Part shown: positions 30,437 to 39,637 of the stretch, piece by piece
How the letters are laid out: each line of letters starts with the position of its first letter
Numbering within the stretch: the stretch's first letter is position 1
NCBI GenBank assembly: GCA_965204725.1
Contig: OZ242005.1
Coordinates: forward strand, 2,528,001-2,592,000
Direction: 5' to 3'
Origin: Candidatus Latescibacterota bacterium
GTDB taxonomy: Bacteria > Latescibacterota > UBA2968 > UBA8231
Length of the DNA stretch: 64,000 nucleotides
Notes under the pieces: model-generated
Databases searched by the model: none
The model's input: the letters and a program-made list of their open reading frames with translations, nothing else
What the model was told of the DNA's origin: nothing
Program-made: the position numbers and the translations under genes

Positions 30437-31705
30437 GTGAAATCGCTATTGGGAATTTTGGCGTGTCTGTCGGTGTTGGTGATTGGTTGCGGTGAGGATA
30501 CGAAGCGGTCGGTGGGACCGTCAGCGGCGAAGGTGGCAAGTTCGACGCCTGAAACGGTGTGGACCAGTCTGAAGGCCGATGGCAAGTACACTACCGCAGG
30601 GTCGGCACTTGCGGCGTTTATCATGGCGGCGGCGGCGGGCGATCTGGCGGCGGTCAAGTTGTTTGTACAGGCTGGGGTCGATAAAGAGGGGCAATCTATT
30701 GTCAACATAGCGGGTATTGGTCGGTCACGGACTGCGCTTCATGCGGCGGCTCGTGGCGGTCATCGCGCTGTGGTTACGTACCTTCTTGGTCAGGGTGCGA
30801 GCGTTTCGTCCACGGACGGGTATGAGGACACGCCGCTTCATTCGGCGGTTGAGGCAGGAAATTTTTTGATGGTGCGGGAGCTTGTCGGTCAAGGGGCGAG
30901 TGTCGATGCTAAGAACACAGCGAGCGAGACCCCGTTGCATGTCGCGGTGGGCTATGGGCACTTGATGATTGTGAAGTATCTGGAAGGGCAAGGTGCCGAT
31001 CTTACAATCGCCTCCAGTGACGGCTTGACGCCCTGGGAGTTGGCGAAGCTTTGGGATAGTAGTACGGCGATAGTGACGTTCTTGGATTCGACGACGGCGC
31101 GGGCGTTTGTTGATTCGGCTGGGGCGGGCAACTTAGAAGTTGTCAAGTCATTGGTAACGGCGGGTATGCCGGTTGAGACTAAGGTCGAATACTATGACGG
31201 GCGCGATAGTCCAAGCTGGACGGCACTGCTTAGGGCGGCGTGGAAGGGTCATCTGGCTGTGGTTGAGTATCTGATCGGGAAGGAGGCGGATGTGGATGAG
31301 GTGGTCGGGTTCTTCCGTGCTGACGGTTCATATATTGCTACCTCTTATGGCGAGACAGCTCTGTACTTGGCGGCGGCGGGTGGTCATACGGCGGTGGCGA
31401 AGGCGTTGTTGGCTGCGGGTGCGACGGTGGATGCTAGGACCTATTTTTCCTATACCCCTTTGCACCTAGCGGCGTGGAATGGTCATCTGGCTATCGTCCA
31501 GTATCTGATTAGTTACGGGGCGGATGTGAATACTCCGACCGGCGGCACTGGCAGGACGCCTCGTTACTTCGCGGAGGATTGCATAAGGCAGGATGCGGCT
31601 ATGCTTCCCGACAAAGCTGCCCGTTGCCGGTTGGTGGTGGCTTATTTAGACACGCTGCTGCCCGATGACGATGACGATGACGACGACGATGACGACGACG
31701 AGTAG
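30437..31705 (+). CDS. Ankyrin-repeat lipoprotein with poly-Asp tail
   Basis: RBS AAGGAG, GTG at 30437. Lipobox LVIGC, TALHAAARGGH / TPLH repeats, ends D11E. Confidence 0.88.
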   Translation: MKSLLGILACLSVLVIGCGEDTKRSVGPSAAKVASSTPETVWTSLKADGKYTTAGSALAAFIMAAAAGDLAAVKLFVQAGVDKEGQSIVNIAGIGRSRTALHAAARGGHRAVVTYLLGQGASVSSTDGYEDTPLHSAVEAGNFLMVRELVGQGASVDAKNTASETPLHVAVGYGHLMIVKYLEGQGADLTIASSDGLTPWELAKLWDSSTAIVTFLDSTTARAFVDSAGAGNLEVVKSLVTAGMPVETKVEYYDGRDSPSWTALLRAAWKGHLAVVEYLIGKEADVDEVVGFFRADGSYIATSYGETALYLAAAGGHTAVAKALLAAGATVDARTYFSYTPLHLAAWNGHLAIVQYLISYGADVNTPTGGTGRTPRYFAEDCIRQDAAMLPDKAARCRLVVAYLDTLLPDDDDDDDDDDDDE

Positions 31706-31739
31706 GTTAGTCTGTCTTATTCGTTGGTAGGTTAGGTTT

Positions 31740-31779
31740 AGGTCGGCACTCGATGTTTATCGGGTGTCGGCTTTTTTTT
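31740..31779 (+). terminator. Intrinsic terminator, homologous to 30032-30074
   Basis: AGGTCGGCACTCGAT-GTTT-ATCGGGTGTCGGCT followed by a T run. Confidence 0.75.
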
Positions 31780-32160
31780 GTTTTGGCGGAAGGACATGCA
31801 GGGGACCTTGATTTTTGAGGGGCGGCGACCAAAGTCTGTTGGCCAACGGAGTTTGGTCGATGGATTGTGCTTTTTGTGCATCTGAGGGGGGATTCGGCTT
31901 GCGGCGTCATTATTGATTGATCTGCATAATTATCGGCGGTTTTTTCATCGAGGATCGCCGGTCTACCGTGGTTTGGCCCTTTTTAAGAATAATTATCAAT
32001 TTTTTGTGGTTGAGGGGGCGTGTTAAAGGCTCTGTCCAAATGGACGGGGCTTTTTTGTGTCTTAGGTCTTTTTTCAAAAAAGAGGACGGCATTTCTGTTT
32101 TTTGGGCTGCTTTTTCGTATTTCTCTCAGTATAGCTTTTTTAGTGCTCTCACCAAGGAGG

Positions 32161-32508
32161 ATGACGATGACGATGAAAACGCCTCGATTAGATAAGGCCA
32201 TCGCCCATCTCGACCGCAAGGCGCGTTTTTGGGGTGCTTTGCAGCGGGAGGTGGCGGTGGAGCCGTTGCCGGGCTTGTCGGCGGCTGATATGCCTGCGCG
32301 CCAGTATTGTCAGCGGCACAAGGATTCGGATGGGGCGTACTGGCATTTACACGAATCGCTTTTGACGGCGGTGCTCATGGATATACTGGAGCACTCGCCT
32401 CAAGGATTAGACGAGCGGACCTTGAGTACTCGCAGTCGGGTTATTTTGCAGGCTCGCTTGGGGTTGACGGATGCGTTTGTGAACTGTCCGATGCCGGGGT
32501 CTGGTTGA
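32161..32508 (+). CDS. Hypothetical protein
   Basis: RBS AAGGAGG with ATGs at 32161/32167/32173. No recognised motif. Confidence 0.5.
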   Translation: MTMTMKTPRLDKAIAHLDRKARFWGALQREVAVEPLPGLSAADMPARQYCQRHKDSDGAYWHLHESLLTAVLMDILEHSPQGLDERTLSTRSRVILQARLGLTDAFVNCPMPGSG

Positions 32509-32817
32509 TGGCGAGTTATTGGGCGGTGGCACGGAAGGTGCATAGTACGGGCGGTTCGAGTTCGAGTTCGGGGGGCACGGAACCGACACGGGTGGACGAT
32601 CACGCGCCGCAGCTTCGGCGCGGGCGGCGCGTCATGCGTTGCTGTTGCGTTGGGCGGATGGTTCGGGGTGAGGCGCGGCGTTGGGGTTTGGCGGTCTGGT
32701 CTCTGATCCAGTAATCGTTGAGTGCGGCCGCGGTCAATGGGGGGCCGCAATCGGGGTTGGCGCGTGATCGTTCAGCGGGCCGGATTGTGTGAATTGTGCG
32801 TATTTGAGCGGCGTTCT

Positions 32818-33102
32818 ATGAAGGCTGTCTTGTTCTTGCTATTCGCCTTGCTCCCGTTCTCAGCCCCTATGCAAGCGCATGGGGCGACGATTGAGGAGAC
32901 ACTGGCCTTGTGCCGTGCGAAGGGGGCGGCGGAGCGGTTGGCTTGCTATGGCGAGTTGGCGCGGGCGGCGGCTGAGGGTGTTTCGCTGCCGTCGTTGCCG
33001 GACGCGGGTATAGGCAAATGGATACTTGACCAAGAGTTGGACCCGATTGATGACACGCTGAACATATTCGCTATATTTGGTTCGCGTATCGTCCATCCGT
33101 AA
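32818..33102 (+). pseudogene. Exported-protein fragment resembling the N-terminus of VasI/TagO-type proteins
   Basis: Signal peptide, C...ERLACY, GKW....DPIDD, then an abrupt end. Confidence 0.4.
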
Positions 33103-33117
33103 TCCCAAGGTGCTGCA

Positions 33118-34101
33118 ATGGCCGAATACGATACCATTTCCAAACACCTGATCCAAACCTACCCCGACGACTTCGTCCGCTTCACCCTCCAACGCGACGA
33201 TGTGGCGGTCTGCGAAGTCCTAGACCCGGTGCAACCCACCGTTGAATCCCACCAAACCGATAGCCTCCTGCTCGTCCAGATCGCCGGCGAGGAGGCGTTG
33301 GTGCATCACGAATTCCAAACCACCGACCACCCGCTCATGCCGCTCCGCATGGCCAGCTATATCATCCGCGCCATTGAGCACCATCGCCAGCCGGTCTATT
33401 CCAGCGTGATCTACCTGCGGCCTGATGCCGGTCGGCGCGATCCGGGCTACTACGCCCAAGACCTGCCCGGCCACCGCATCTTGGTACAATACAAGGTCCT
33501 TCGGTTGAGCGAGATCGACGGGCAAGCGCTGGTCCAAGGCGGTCCGTCGGGCTTGCTTCCGTTCACGCCCTTGATGAAGCCGCCAGCGGGCATGGCCGCG
33601 GAAGCGTGGTTGCGCCAGTGCATTCAGGCGACCCAAGCCGTGCCGTTGGACCCGGCGGTCAAGGTTGACTTTTTGGGCGGCTTGGCGATACTGAGTGGGT
33701 TAGCGTACGAGTGGACCACCATTCAACGTATTATTTCTCAGGAGGGTCTTATGGACACGATCATGCGCGAATCATCCTTTGCCCAATACCTCACCCAACA
33801 GGGCCTTGAGCAGGGCATTAAGCAGGGCCTTGAGCAGGGCCTTGAACAGGGCCTTGAGCAGGGCCTTGAACAGGGTATTGAGCAGGGCCTTGAGCAGGGC
33901 CTTGAGCAGGGAGGCCGACAACGCGCCATTGAAGATATTCTTGACGTGTTGGAGATTCGCTTTGGGCCGGCCTCCGCCCATTCATTGGCCGCCCGCATTG
34001 CCGCGCTGGACGATTTGCACCGGCTCAAGCAGTTGCATCGCACAGCGGTGCAAGCCGCCGATCTGGCGACCTTTCAGCGGCACTTGGATAGCACCGAGTG
34101 A
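33118..34101 (+). CDS. Rpn/YhgA-like PD-(D/E)XK recombination-promoting nuclease / putative transposase
   Basis: YDTISKHL...P.DF, HHEFQT, MPLRMASY, VIYL, LLPFTPLM, GLEQ repeats, LEIRFG C-terminal domain. Confidence 0.8.
   Translation: MAEYDTISKHLIQTYPDDFVRFTLQRDDVAVCEVLDPVQPTVESHQTDSLLLVQIAGEEALVHHEFQTTDHPLMPLRMASYIIRAIEHHRQPVYSSVIYLRPDAGRRDPGYYAQDLPGHRILVQYKVLRLSEIDGQALVQGGPSGLLPFTPLMKPPAGMAAEAWLRQCIQATQAVPLDPAVKVDFLGGLAILSGLAYEWTTIQRIISQEGLMDTIMRESSFAQYLTQQGLEQGIKQGLEQGLEQGLEQGLEQGIEQGLEQGLEQGGRQRAIEDILDVLEIRFGPASAHSLAARIAALDDLHRLKQLHRTAVQAADLATFQRHLDSTE
33799..33911 (+). repeat. 12-bp tandem repeat (CAGGGCCTTGAG x9) encoding QGLE
   Basis: Nine full units read directly, with minor variants. 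Confidence 0.95.
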
Positions 34102-34152
34102 CGCGAGGGGGCACAACACACCTCATTTTCAGAATAAGCAAAAGGAGGAAGA

Positions 34153-34386
34153 ATGCCTTCCATTTCAAAGAGTAAATTGAAAGCCAATATGCTGCGCATC
34201 TTTCGCGATATTGAAGAAACAGGCGAAGAATGGGTCGTCACCGATCACAATCGCCCGGTCTTGCGCATTCAGCCGATTGGGCAAAAAAAGACTGTGGAAG
34301 AGGTATTCGGAGCGATTCAGGGCAAAGTCATCTATCGCGAAGACATCAATGCGCCGACCACCGCCGAATGGGGCATGCTGTCGTGA
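34153..34386 (+). CDS. Phd/YefM-family antitoxin
   Basis: ISKSKLKANML..FR.IEETGEE.VVTDHNRPVL.I.P. Confidence 0.85.
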   Translation: MPSISKSKLKANMLRIFRDIEETGEEWVVTDHNRPVLRIQPIGQKKTVEEVFGAIQGKVIYREDINAPTTAEWGMLS

Positions 34387-34523
34387 TCGTCTTGGACACT
34401 TCAGCCCTCGTATTCTGGACCCTAGATCGGGATCGACTATCGCAAACCGCAGCACGAGCCATCGCAGACGCCGACCGCATTGCCCTTAGTTCCAATCAAC
34501 CCGCCATACCCACTCTGATATAA
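34383..34523 (+). pseudogene. VapC/PIN toxin, truncated
   Basis: GTG overlaps the antitoxin stop. IVLDTSALVFWTL...LS..AARAI; only about 46 aa before the island end. Confidence 0.8.
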
Positions 34524-34567
34524 TCCGACGCATTGTCGAGCAGCTTTTCGCGGTTTTCGTAATAGTG

Positions 34568-34674
34568 CTTCGCCTGCATCAAGGACCGGGAGGGCCTCGC
34601 GGCGATTGTCGAGCACATTCTCAGGGCGTGGGCGACGGCCATCTGTCGGGGGTGAGCCACACCTATCCGCTTGG
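34568..34674 (+). repeat. Right copy of the ureG 3'-end direct repeat
   Basis: CTTCGCCTGCATCAAGGACCG...CCTATCCGCTTGG matches 26139-26248. Confidence 0.92.
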
Positions 34675-34675
34675 G

Positions 34676-35089
34676 TCAGCCGATCACCCCGAACGCGAAA
34701 TACCGGCGGCCACGTCTAATGCGATAGATGGCGAAATCCTTGCGATCAACAGTGAAAATCGTCCGCAGGTTGCGGCTTTCCGCCACGGCGACGAGCGAGG
34801 CATCGGCGAGGTCCATTGGCGCATCGCGGTATTGAACCATGAGTTCAAGAGCGCGTCTGAGTAGTTGATCATCGAGGAAGAGTACCTCAATGCCACCGCC
34901 GGTAATAAAGTCTATTAGGCACTGCGTCCCGATACTCCCCGGCTGCAATAAGTGAACGGCCTCGGTCAGGACGGGGAGCGTCGTACCTATCGGTTCGGAA
35001 ATGGCCTTGAGCACCTCAATGCACCTTGCATGTGCCTCGTCTCTGGGATCAAACAGGGCGACCAGCGGGCCGGTGTCCACTAGAATCAC
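34676..35089 (-). CDS. VapC/PIN-domain toxin
   Basis: ILVDTGPLVAL, VLTEA, MDLADASLV, IFTVD..DF. Confidence 0.9.
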   Translation of the reverse strand: MILVDTGPLVALFDPRDEAHARCIEVLKAISEPIGTTLPVLTEAVHLLQPGSIGTQCLIDFITGGGIEVLFLDDQLLRRALELMVQYRDAPMDLADASLVAVAESRNLRTIFTVDRKDFAIYRIRRGRRYFAFGVIG

Positions 35090-35349
35090 TGCCGATGTTT
35101 CTTTCTAATGGCCTCGGTCGTGGCCTTCTTGGCACTCTTGGCCGAGGCAATGGCATAGCCACCCGGTCCCAAATCGAGACGGCTAAAGACTTGGTATGGC
35201 GTTTCGGCGGTTGGCACCTTGGGAGACAACGCCGCATACGCTTGGAGGCCGCGCTTGAGCACCTCTGAGATGGAAAGGCCGGTCTGGTTGCACAAGACGG
35301 ACAAGGTAGCTTCGGCATCGTCGTCGAGTTGGATCGTTCTAGTACCCAT
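35086..35349 (-). CDS. RHH/CopG-like antitoxin
   Basis: ATG at 35349. TRTIQLDDDAE..L..L...GLSISEVLKRGL; 4-nt overlap with the PIN gene. Confidence 0.75.
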   Translation of the reverse strand: MGTRTIQLDDDAEATLSVLCNQTGLSISEVLKRGLQAYAALSPKVPTAETPYQVFSRLDLGPGGYAIASAKSAKKATTEAIRKKHRQ

Positions 35350-35443
35350 CGGAAACTCCCATTGTTGGCTGTAAAACCGTTTTTGAAGTTTGTGTAATAG
35401 CATTCCTCTTGATGTTTTCCTTTTCAAAGATAGACGCATCTTC

Positions 35444-36619
35444 TCAATGGTGAAAAAGCCGCACCCCCGAATGAATCATGAGCATTCCGTATTCGTCTGC
35501 TGCCTCAATTACCCGATCGTCCCGCGTTGACCCACCAGCTTGGACCAAGTACTCAACGCCTGAACGCTGCGCCCGGTCGATGTTGTCGCGGAAGGGGAAA
35601 AAGGCGTCTGAACTCAGCACTACGCCTTGGAGGCGGTCCAGCCACGCCCGTTTCTCTGCGGCGCTGAGCCGTTCTGGAACCGCACGGAAATTGGCTTCCC
35701 AAGCCCGGAGTTCGGCTGGGGTGACGTCGTCTTGCAGATAGATGTCGATGGCGTTGATTTTTTCCGGGCGCTTGAGGCCCTTGGCGAATTTCATGCCCAA
35801 CACTTTGGGGTGTAGGCGCAGATACCAATTGTCGGCCTTGGCGCAGGCCAAGCGCACGCAGTGGATGCGCGACTGCTGGCCGGCGCCGATGCCGATGACT
35901 TGGCCGTCGCGAGCTAGACACACCGAGTTGGATTGGGTGTACTTGAGGGCGATGGTCGCCACCGTTAGGTCGCGACGCGCACTCGCCGGCAAGTTTTTGC
36001 GGGCCGTGACGATGGGGCGGAAAAAGGCGTCGTCGGGAATAAAATCGTTGCGTTGTTGCGCGAGTTGGACGCCGAATATCTGACGTTGCTCGGTCGCCTT
36101 CGGCGCGTAGTCTGGGTCAATTTGCAGGATGCGGTACTGACCGCCCTTTTTCTTTTTTAGAATCGCTAAGGCCTCCCGCTCGTAGCCCGGGGCGATGATC
36201 CCATCGGAAACCTCAGCGCGGATGAGCTCGGCCGTAGGGACATCGACCACGTCGCTCAGGGCGATCCAGTCGCCAAAGGAGGCGAGGCGGTCGGCACCGC
36301 GCGCCCGGGCGTATGCTGTGGCCAGCGGGCTGAGGGCGCGGTTGGCGACGAAGTAGGACGCGCTCAGGGCCTCGTCGAGCGGTGCCGCCACGGCCGCACC
36401 CGCCGGAGAGACGTGTTTGAACGAAGCGGCCGCCGGCCGGCCGAGGGCGCGCTTGAGGTCGCGGACGAGCTGCCAAGCGTTGAGCGCGTCCATGAGATTG
36501 ATGTAGCTGGGGGCGTCGTTGAGCGGCTCGATGGGCAGGGCGCGGCCATCGGCCATGAAGCAGCGGGCCGCTGCTTGGTGGGGGTTGCATCCGTAGCGCA
36601 TGTCGATTGTAGCGGGCAC
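35444..36619 (-). CDS. purH: AICAR formyltransferase (stand-alone, lacking the IMP cyclohydrolase domain)
   Basis: [57 protein letters not shown]. Confidence 0.9.
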   Translation of the reverse strand: MPATIDMRYGCNPHQAAARCFMADGRALPIEPLNDAPSYINLMDALNAWQLVRDLKRALGRPAAASFKHVSPAGAAVAAPLDEALSASYFVANRALSPLATAYARARGADRLASFGDWIALSDVVDVPTAELIRAEVSDGIIAPGYEREALAILKKKKGGQYRILQIDPDYAPKATEQRQIFGVQLAQQRNDFIPDDAFFRPIVTARKNLPASARRDLTVATIALKYTQSNSVCLARDGQVIGIGAGQQSRIHCVRLACAKADNWYLRLHPKVLGMKFAKGLKRPEKINAIDIYLQDDVTPAELRAWEANFRAVPERLSAAEKRAWLDRLQGVVLSSDAFFPFRDNIDRAQRSGVEYLVQAGGSTRDDRVIEAADEYGMLMIHSGVRLFHH

Positions 36620-36740
36620 AGTTTCTCCCCGACGAGATCATTTGACAAAGGTTGGGGTGGCATATTATGTTCGGCAATCGCGGCGAAAAGACAATCGCCA
36701 ATCCACTCCCTTTTGACAAGCAAGGCGAGGTAAAGCGACC

Positions 36741-37775
36741 ATGTTCAAAGGTTGTAGCACAGCCCTAGTGACGCCCATGAGCGCAGACGGCAGCATTGAC
36801 TACGGCGGCTTGGAGCAACTCGTGGAATTCCAAATTGCCAACAACATCCAAGCCGTGCTCGCGGTCGGCACGACCGGCGAAAGCCCGACCCTGTTGTGGG
36901 AGGAGCACAACGAAGTCATCGACCGCACGGTCGCGCTGGCCAAAGGCCGCACCCTAGCCATTGCCGGCACGGGCAGCAACTCCACCAAGGAGACCTTGGC
37001 CGGCAGCGAGCACGCCGCCCACATTGGCGCGGACGCCGTGCTTTTGGTCGATCCCTACTACAATGGCCCCAGCTCCTTGGAGATTCGGCGCGAATACATC
37101 GAGCCGGTGGCACGCGCTTTTCCCAATTTGCAGATCATTCCCTATGTCATCCCCGGGCGCACCGGCTGCATGATGCAGGTGGAGGATTTGGCCATCCTCG
37201 CCCACCAATACCCCAACGTGGCCCAAGTCAAAGAGGCGACCGGCGACTTGGACAACATGGCCAAGACGCGCCGGCTCTGCGGCGACGATTTTACCATCCT
37301 CTCGGGCGACGACGACAAGACTGTGGCGATGATGAAGAGCGAGGACATCCGGGCCGCGGGCGTGATCTCGGTGATGTCCAACGTCATTCCGGGTCCCATC
37401 CAGCGGCTCACCGAGCTGCTCAACGCCGGTCGAGAGGACGAGGCCGATGGTTTGGCTGAAAAACTGGCACCGCTTTTTGGCATCGTCGGCGTTACGACCA
37501 CGGAGCAAAGCATGTACGGCCCGGTCGAGTGCAAGGCGCGCAACCCCGTGCCGATTAAGACGCTGATGAATATCCTCGGCATGCCGGCCGGGCCAGTGCG
37601 GCAGCCGCTGGGCAAGATGACAGCCACGGGCGCGCAAACGGTGCTGGAGGCCGCGCGCCAAGTACACGCAAACGACCCAACGGCTTTCGCGCCGGTCGCC
37701 GAGTTCTTCGGGGTGGATGTGGAAGCGCGTCTGCACGACGCCTCGCTGGTCGAGCGCGTATATCCATCGTATTAA
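36741..37775 (+). CDS. dapA: 4-hydroxy-tetrahydrodipicolinate synthase
   Basis: TALVTP, GTTGESPTL, AGTGSNST, PYYN, VKEATG, LSGDD; next to dapB. Confidence 0.92.
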   Translation: MFKGCSTALVTPMSADGSIDYGGLEQLVEFQIANNIQAVLAVGTTGESPTLLWEEHNEVIDRTVALAKGRTLAIAGTGSNSTKETLAGSEHAAHIGADAVLLVDPYYNGPSSLEIRREYIEPVARAFPNLQIIPYVIPGRTGCMMQVEDLAILAHQYPNVAQVKEATGDLDNMAKTRRLCGDDFTILSGDDDKTVAMMKSEDIRAAGVISVMSNVIPGPIQRLTELLNAGREDEADGLAEKLAPLFGIVGVTTTEQSMYGPVECKARNPVPIKTLMNILGMPAGPVRQPLGKMTATGAQTVLEAARQVHANDPTAFAPVAEFFGVDVEARLHDASLVERVYPSY

Positions 37776-37789
37776 CCGAGGCTAGCGCG

Positions 37790-38593
37790 ATGACTAAAAT
37801 CGTACTCTGCGGAGTGGCCGGGCGCATGGGCCAGCGGCTGGCTCACTTGACGTTGGCGGCCCCTGATTTGGAGCTATGCGGCGGCAAGGAACACCCGGCT
37901 CACGAGGCTGTGGGGCGCGACATCGGCGAAGTGGTCGGCACCCGGCACCTCGATTTGCCCATCAGCGACACGCTGGCGGGCATCGTCGAGCCGGACCGAG
38001 TAGTAATCAATTTTACGACCCCGGAGGCGACCCTTGAAGACGCGGCTCTCTGCGCGGTGCGCGGGGTGCCCATGGTGGTCGGGACCACGGGTTTTAACCC
38101 GGAGCAACTCGCGGAATTCAAGCGCACGGTAGCAGACACTACCTGCGTGTTTGCGTCGAATTTTAGCACCGCCATGAACGTGCTCTTCAAGCTGGTCGAA
38201 GAGGCCGCCCGGATCTTGGGCGACGACTACGATGTGGAAATCATTGAAGCGCATCACCGGCACAAGGTCGATGCGCCCTCTGGGTCGGCGCTGACGCTGG
38301 CTGAGCGGGCGGCGGGCGGGTTGGGTCGCACCTTGCGCGAGGTGGCCGTACACGGGCGGTCGGGCGTGGTCGGCGAGCGTTCTCGCCAAGAGATTGGCCT
38401 ACACGCGGTCCGCGCTGGCGACTTGGCGGGCGAACACTCAGTGCTCTGCGCGGCCCCGGGCGAATGCCTAGAGCTGCGGCACCGCGCCACGAGCCGCGAC
38501 TGCTTTGCCTTGGGCGCGTTGCGCGCCGCTCGTTTTGCCGCGCAGGCCGCGCCGGGGATGTACTCGATGGGAGATGTGTTGGGGCTGGGTTGA
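37790..38593 (+). CDS. dapB: 4-hydroxy-tetrahydrodipicolinate reductase
   Basis: GVAGRMG, VGTTG, ASNFS, EAHHRHKVDAPSG, HAVRAG. Confidence 0.95.
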   Translation: MTKIVLCGVAGRMGQRLAHLTLAAPDLELCGGKEHPAHEAVGRDIGEVVGTRHLDLPISDTLAGIVEPDRVVINFTTPEATLEDAALCAVRGVPMVVGTTGFNPEQLAEFKRTVADTTCVFASNFSTAMNVLFKLVEEAARILGDDYDVEIIEAHHRHKVDAPSGSALTLAERAAGGLGRTLREVAVHGRSGVVGERSRQEIGLHAVRAGDLAGEHSVLCAAPGECLELRHRATSRDCFALGALRAARFAAQAAPGMYSMGDVLGLG

Positions 38594-38597
38594 TCGC

Positions 38598-39365
38598 TCA
38601 GCGCTGGGGGCGGAGGAGATGCTGAGGCCCTGGCCACAGGGTCTGAATTTTGTCGCGGAGCCGCGCGGCTTCCTCAAAGTTTTCCGCCTCCACGGCCACC
38701 TGTAAGTCGCGCTCTAATTGCTCGCGCCGCGACAGCGGCCGCTCCTGCTCTAATTCCTCGTACCACTCGCGCAAAAAGGAAATCTCGGGCAAGTCCTCGT
38801 CTGGCTCGGATTCCCATTCCTCGACAAAGCCCTCAATGTGGGCAATGCCTTCTTCCACGGCGTGCATGGCCGCTGGATAGTCGTCGTTTTGCAGGGCTAG
38901 CATGGCGTGCGCCCGGGTCTGCATCATAACCGCGTGTGGATAGTACTGCTCAAAGTACCAGCGGATCTCGTCGTTGGGCGAATGCAGATCGACCAATTCA
39001 AAAATCTGTAGCGTGTGCTCGGTATCGGCGATGACCCCTTCGTAGTCCTCTAGGTTGAACAGACTTAAATAGCGGTGATAGTACTGCCAAGCCTCTTGGA
39101 AGAGTTCTTCACACTCTCCCTCCTTTAGCGCGAAGCCTTGCGGGGTGCCGCGTGATTCGATGAGTTCTTGGTAGTAGTCAAGCAGCGAGGGGCAACCGTG
39201 CGGTTGTTGGCCGTCGGGACGACCATCCAATTCGAGCTGAAGGAGCCCCATGTCAATGCGGATTTGAAGTTTTTCCTCGCCCTTGCTGGTGCGGATGCGC
39301 CGGGCGAGAAATTCGTCGGGCTTGAACTCCCAACCGTTGAGCAAGTCGCCGATATCGTAATTCAT
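38598..39365 (-). CDS. UvrB/UvrC-motif-containing protein
   Basis: ATG at 39365. QIRIDMGLLQLELDGRPDG; C-terminal AVEAENFEEAARLRDKI. Confidence 0.8.
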   Translation of the reverse strand: MNYDIGDLLNGWEFKPDEFLARRIRTSKGEEKLQIRIDMGLLQLELDGRPDGQQPHGCPSLLDYYQELIESRGTPQGFALKEGECEELFQEAWQYYHRYLSLFNLEDYEGVIADTEHTLQIFELVDLHSPNDEIRWYFEQYYPHAVMMQTRAHAMLALQNDDYPAAMHAVEEGIAHIEGFVEEWESEPDEDLPEISFLREWYEELEQERPLSRREQLERDLQVAVEAENFEEAARLRDKIQTLWPGPQHLLRPQR

Positions 39366-39559
39366 GGGCGCGCTCTCTGCGAAAATAGAATGAAGAAACC
39401 AGCCCCAAGGAGGTTGGGGAACGCAGGGGACAATATACGGCAGAACTGGGTACTGCGCTACTAGCACCGCCATTAATATATAATATACGAAAAAAGAAAG
39501 AGAGTGTCCAGTAAATTTATTTAAGTGGAATATAAATAACAGGTTATAAAAATTTTATC

Positions 39560-39588
39560 TTGACACTGACTGCCGTCTAATCTACCTT
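39560..39588 (+). promoter_or_regulatory. Sigma-70 promoter
   Basis: TTGACA-N17-TACCTT with an AT-rich upstream region. Confidence 0.6.
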
Positions 39589-39637
39589 AAAACCGCCCCC
39601 AATTTCCAACTCATTCCATATACCTACAGGAGGACCG

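Larger units (their letters stand above)
26249..34567. mobile_element. Putative genomic island inserted at the ureG 3' end
   Basis: Bounded by direct repeats. Strong G+T skew over most of its length, gene fragments, Rpn and TA genes. No integrase visible. Confidence 0.65.

Noticed and set aside
32157-32177. EDDDDDE-coding stretch as a relic of another acidic-tailed ankyrin gene
   Set aside because: Better explained as the RBS plus tandem ATGs of the 32161 ORF; no ankyrin sequence upstream.
33799-33911. 12-bp tandem repeat as a CRISPR or novel VNTR system
   Set aside because: In-frame QGLE repeats are a common feature of Rpn-like proteins, and there are no spacers.
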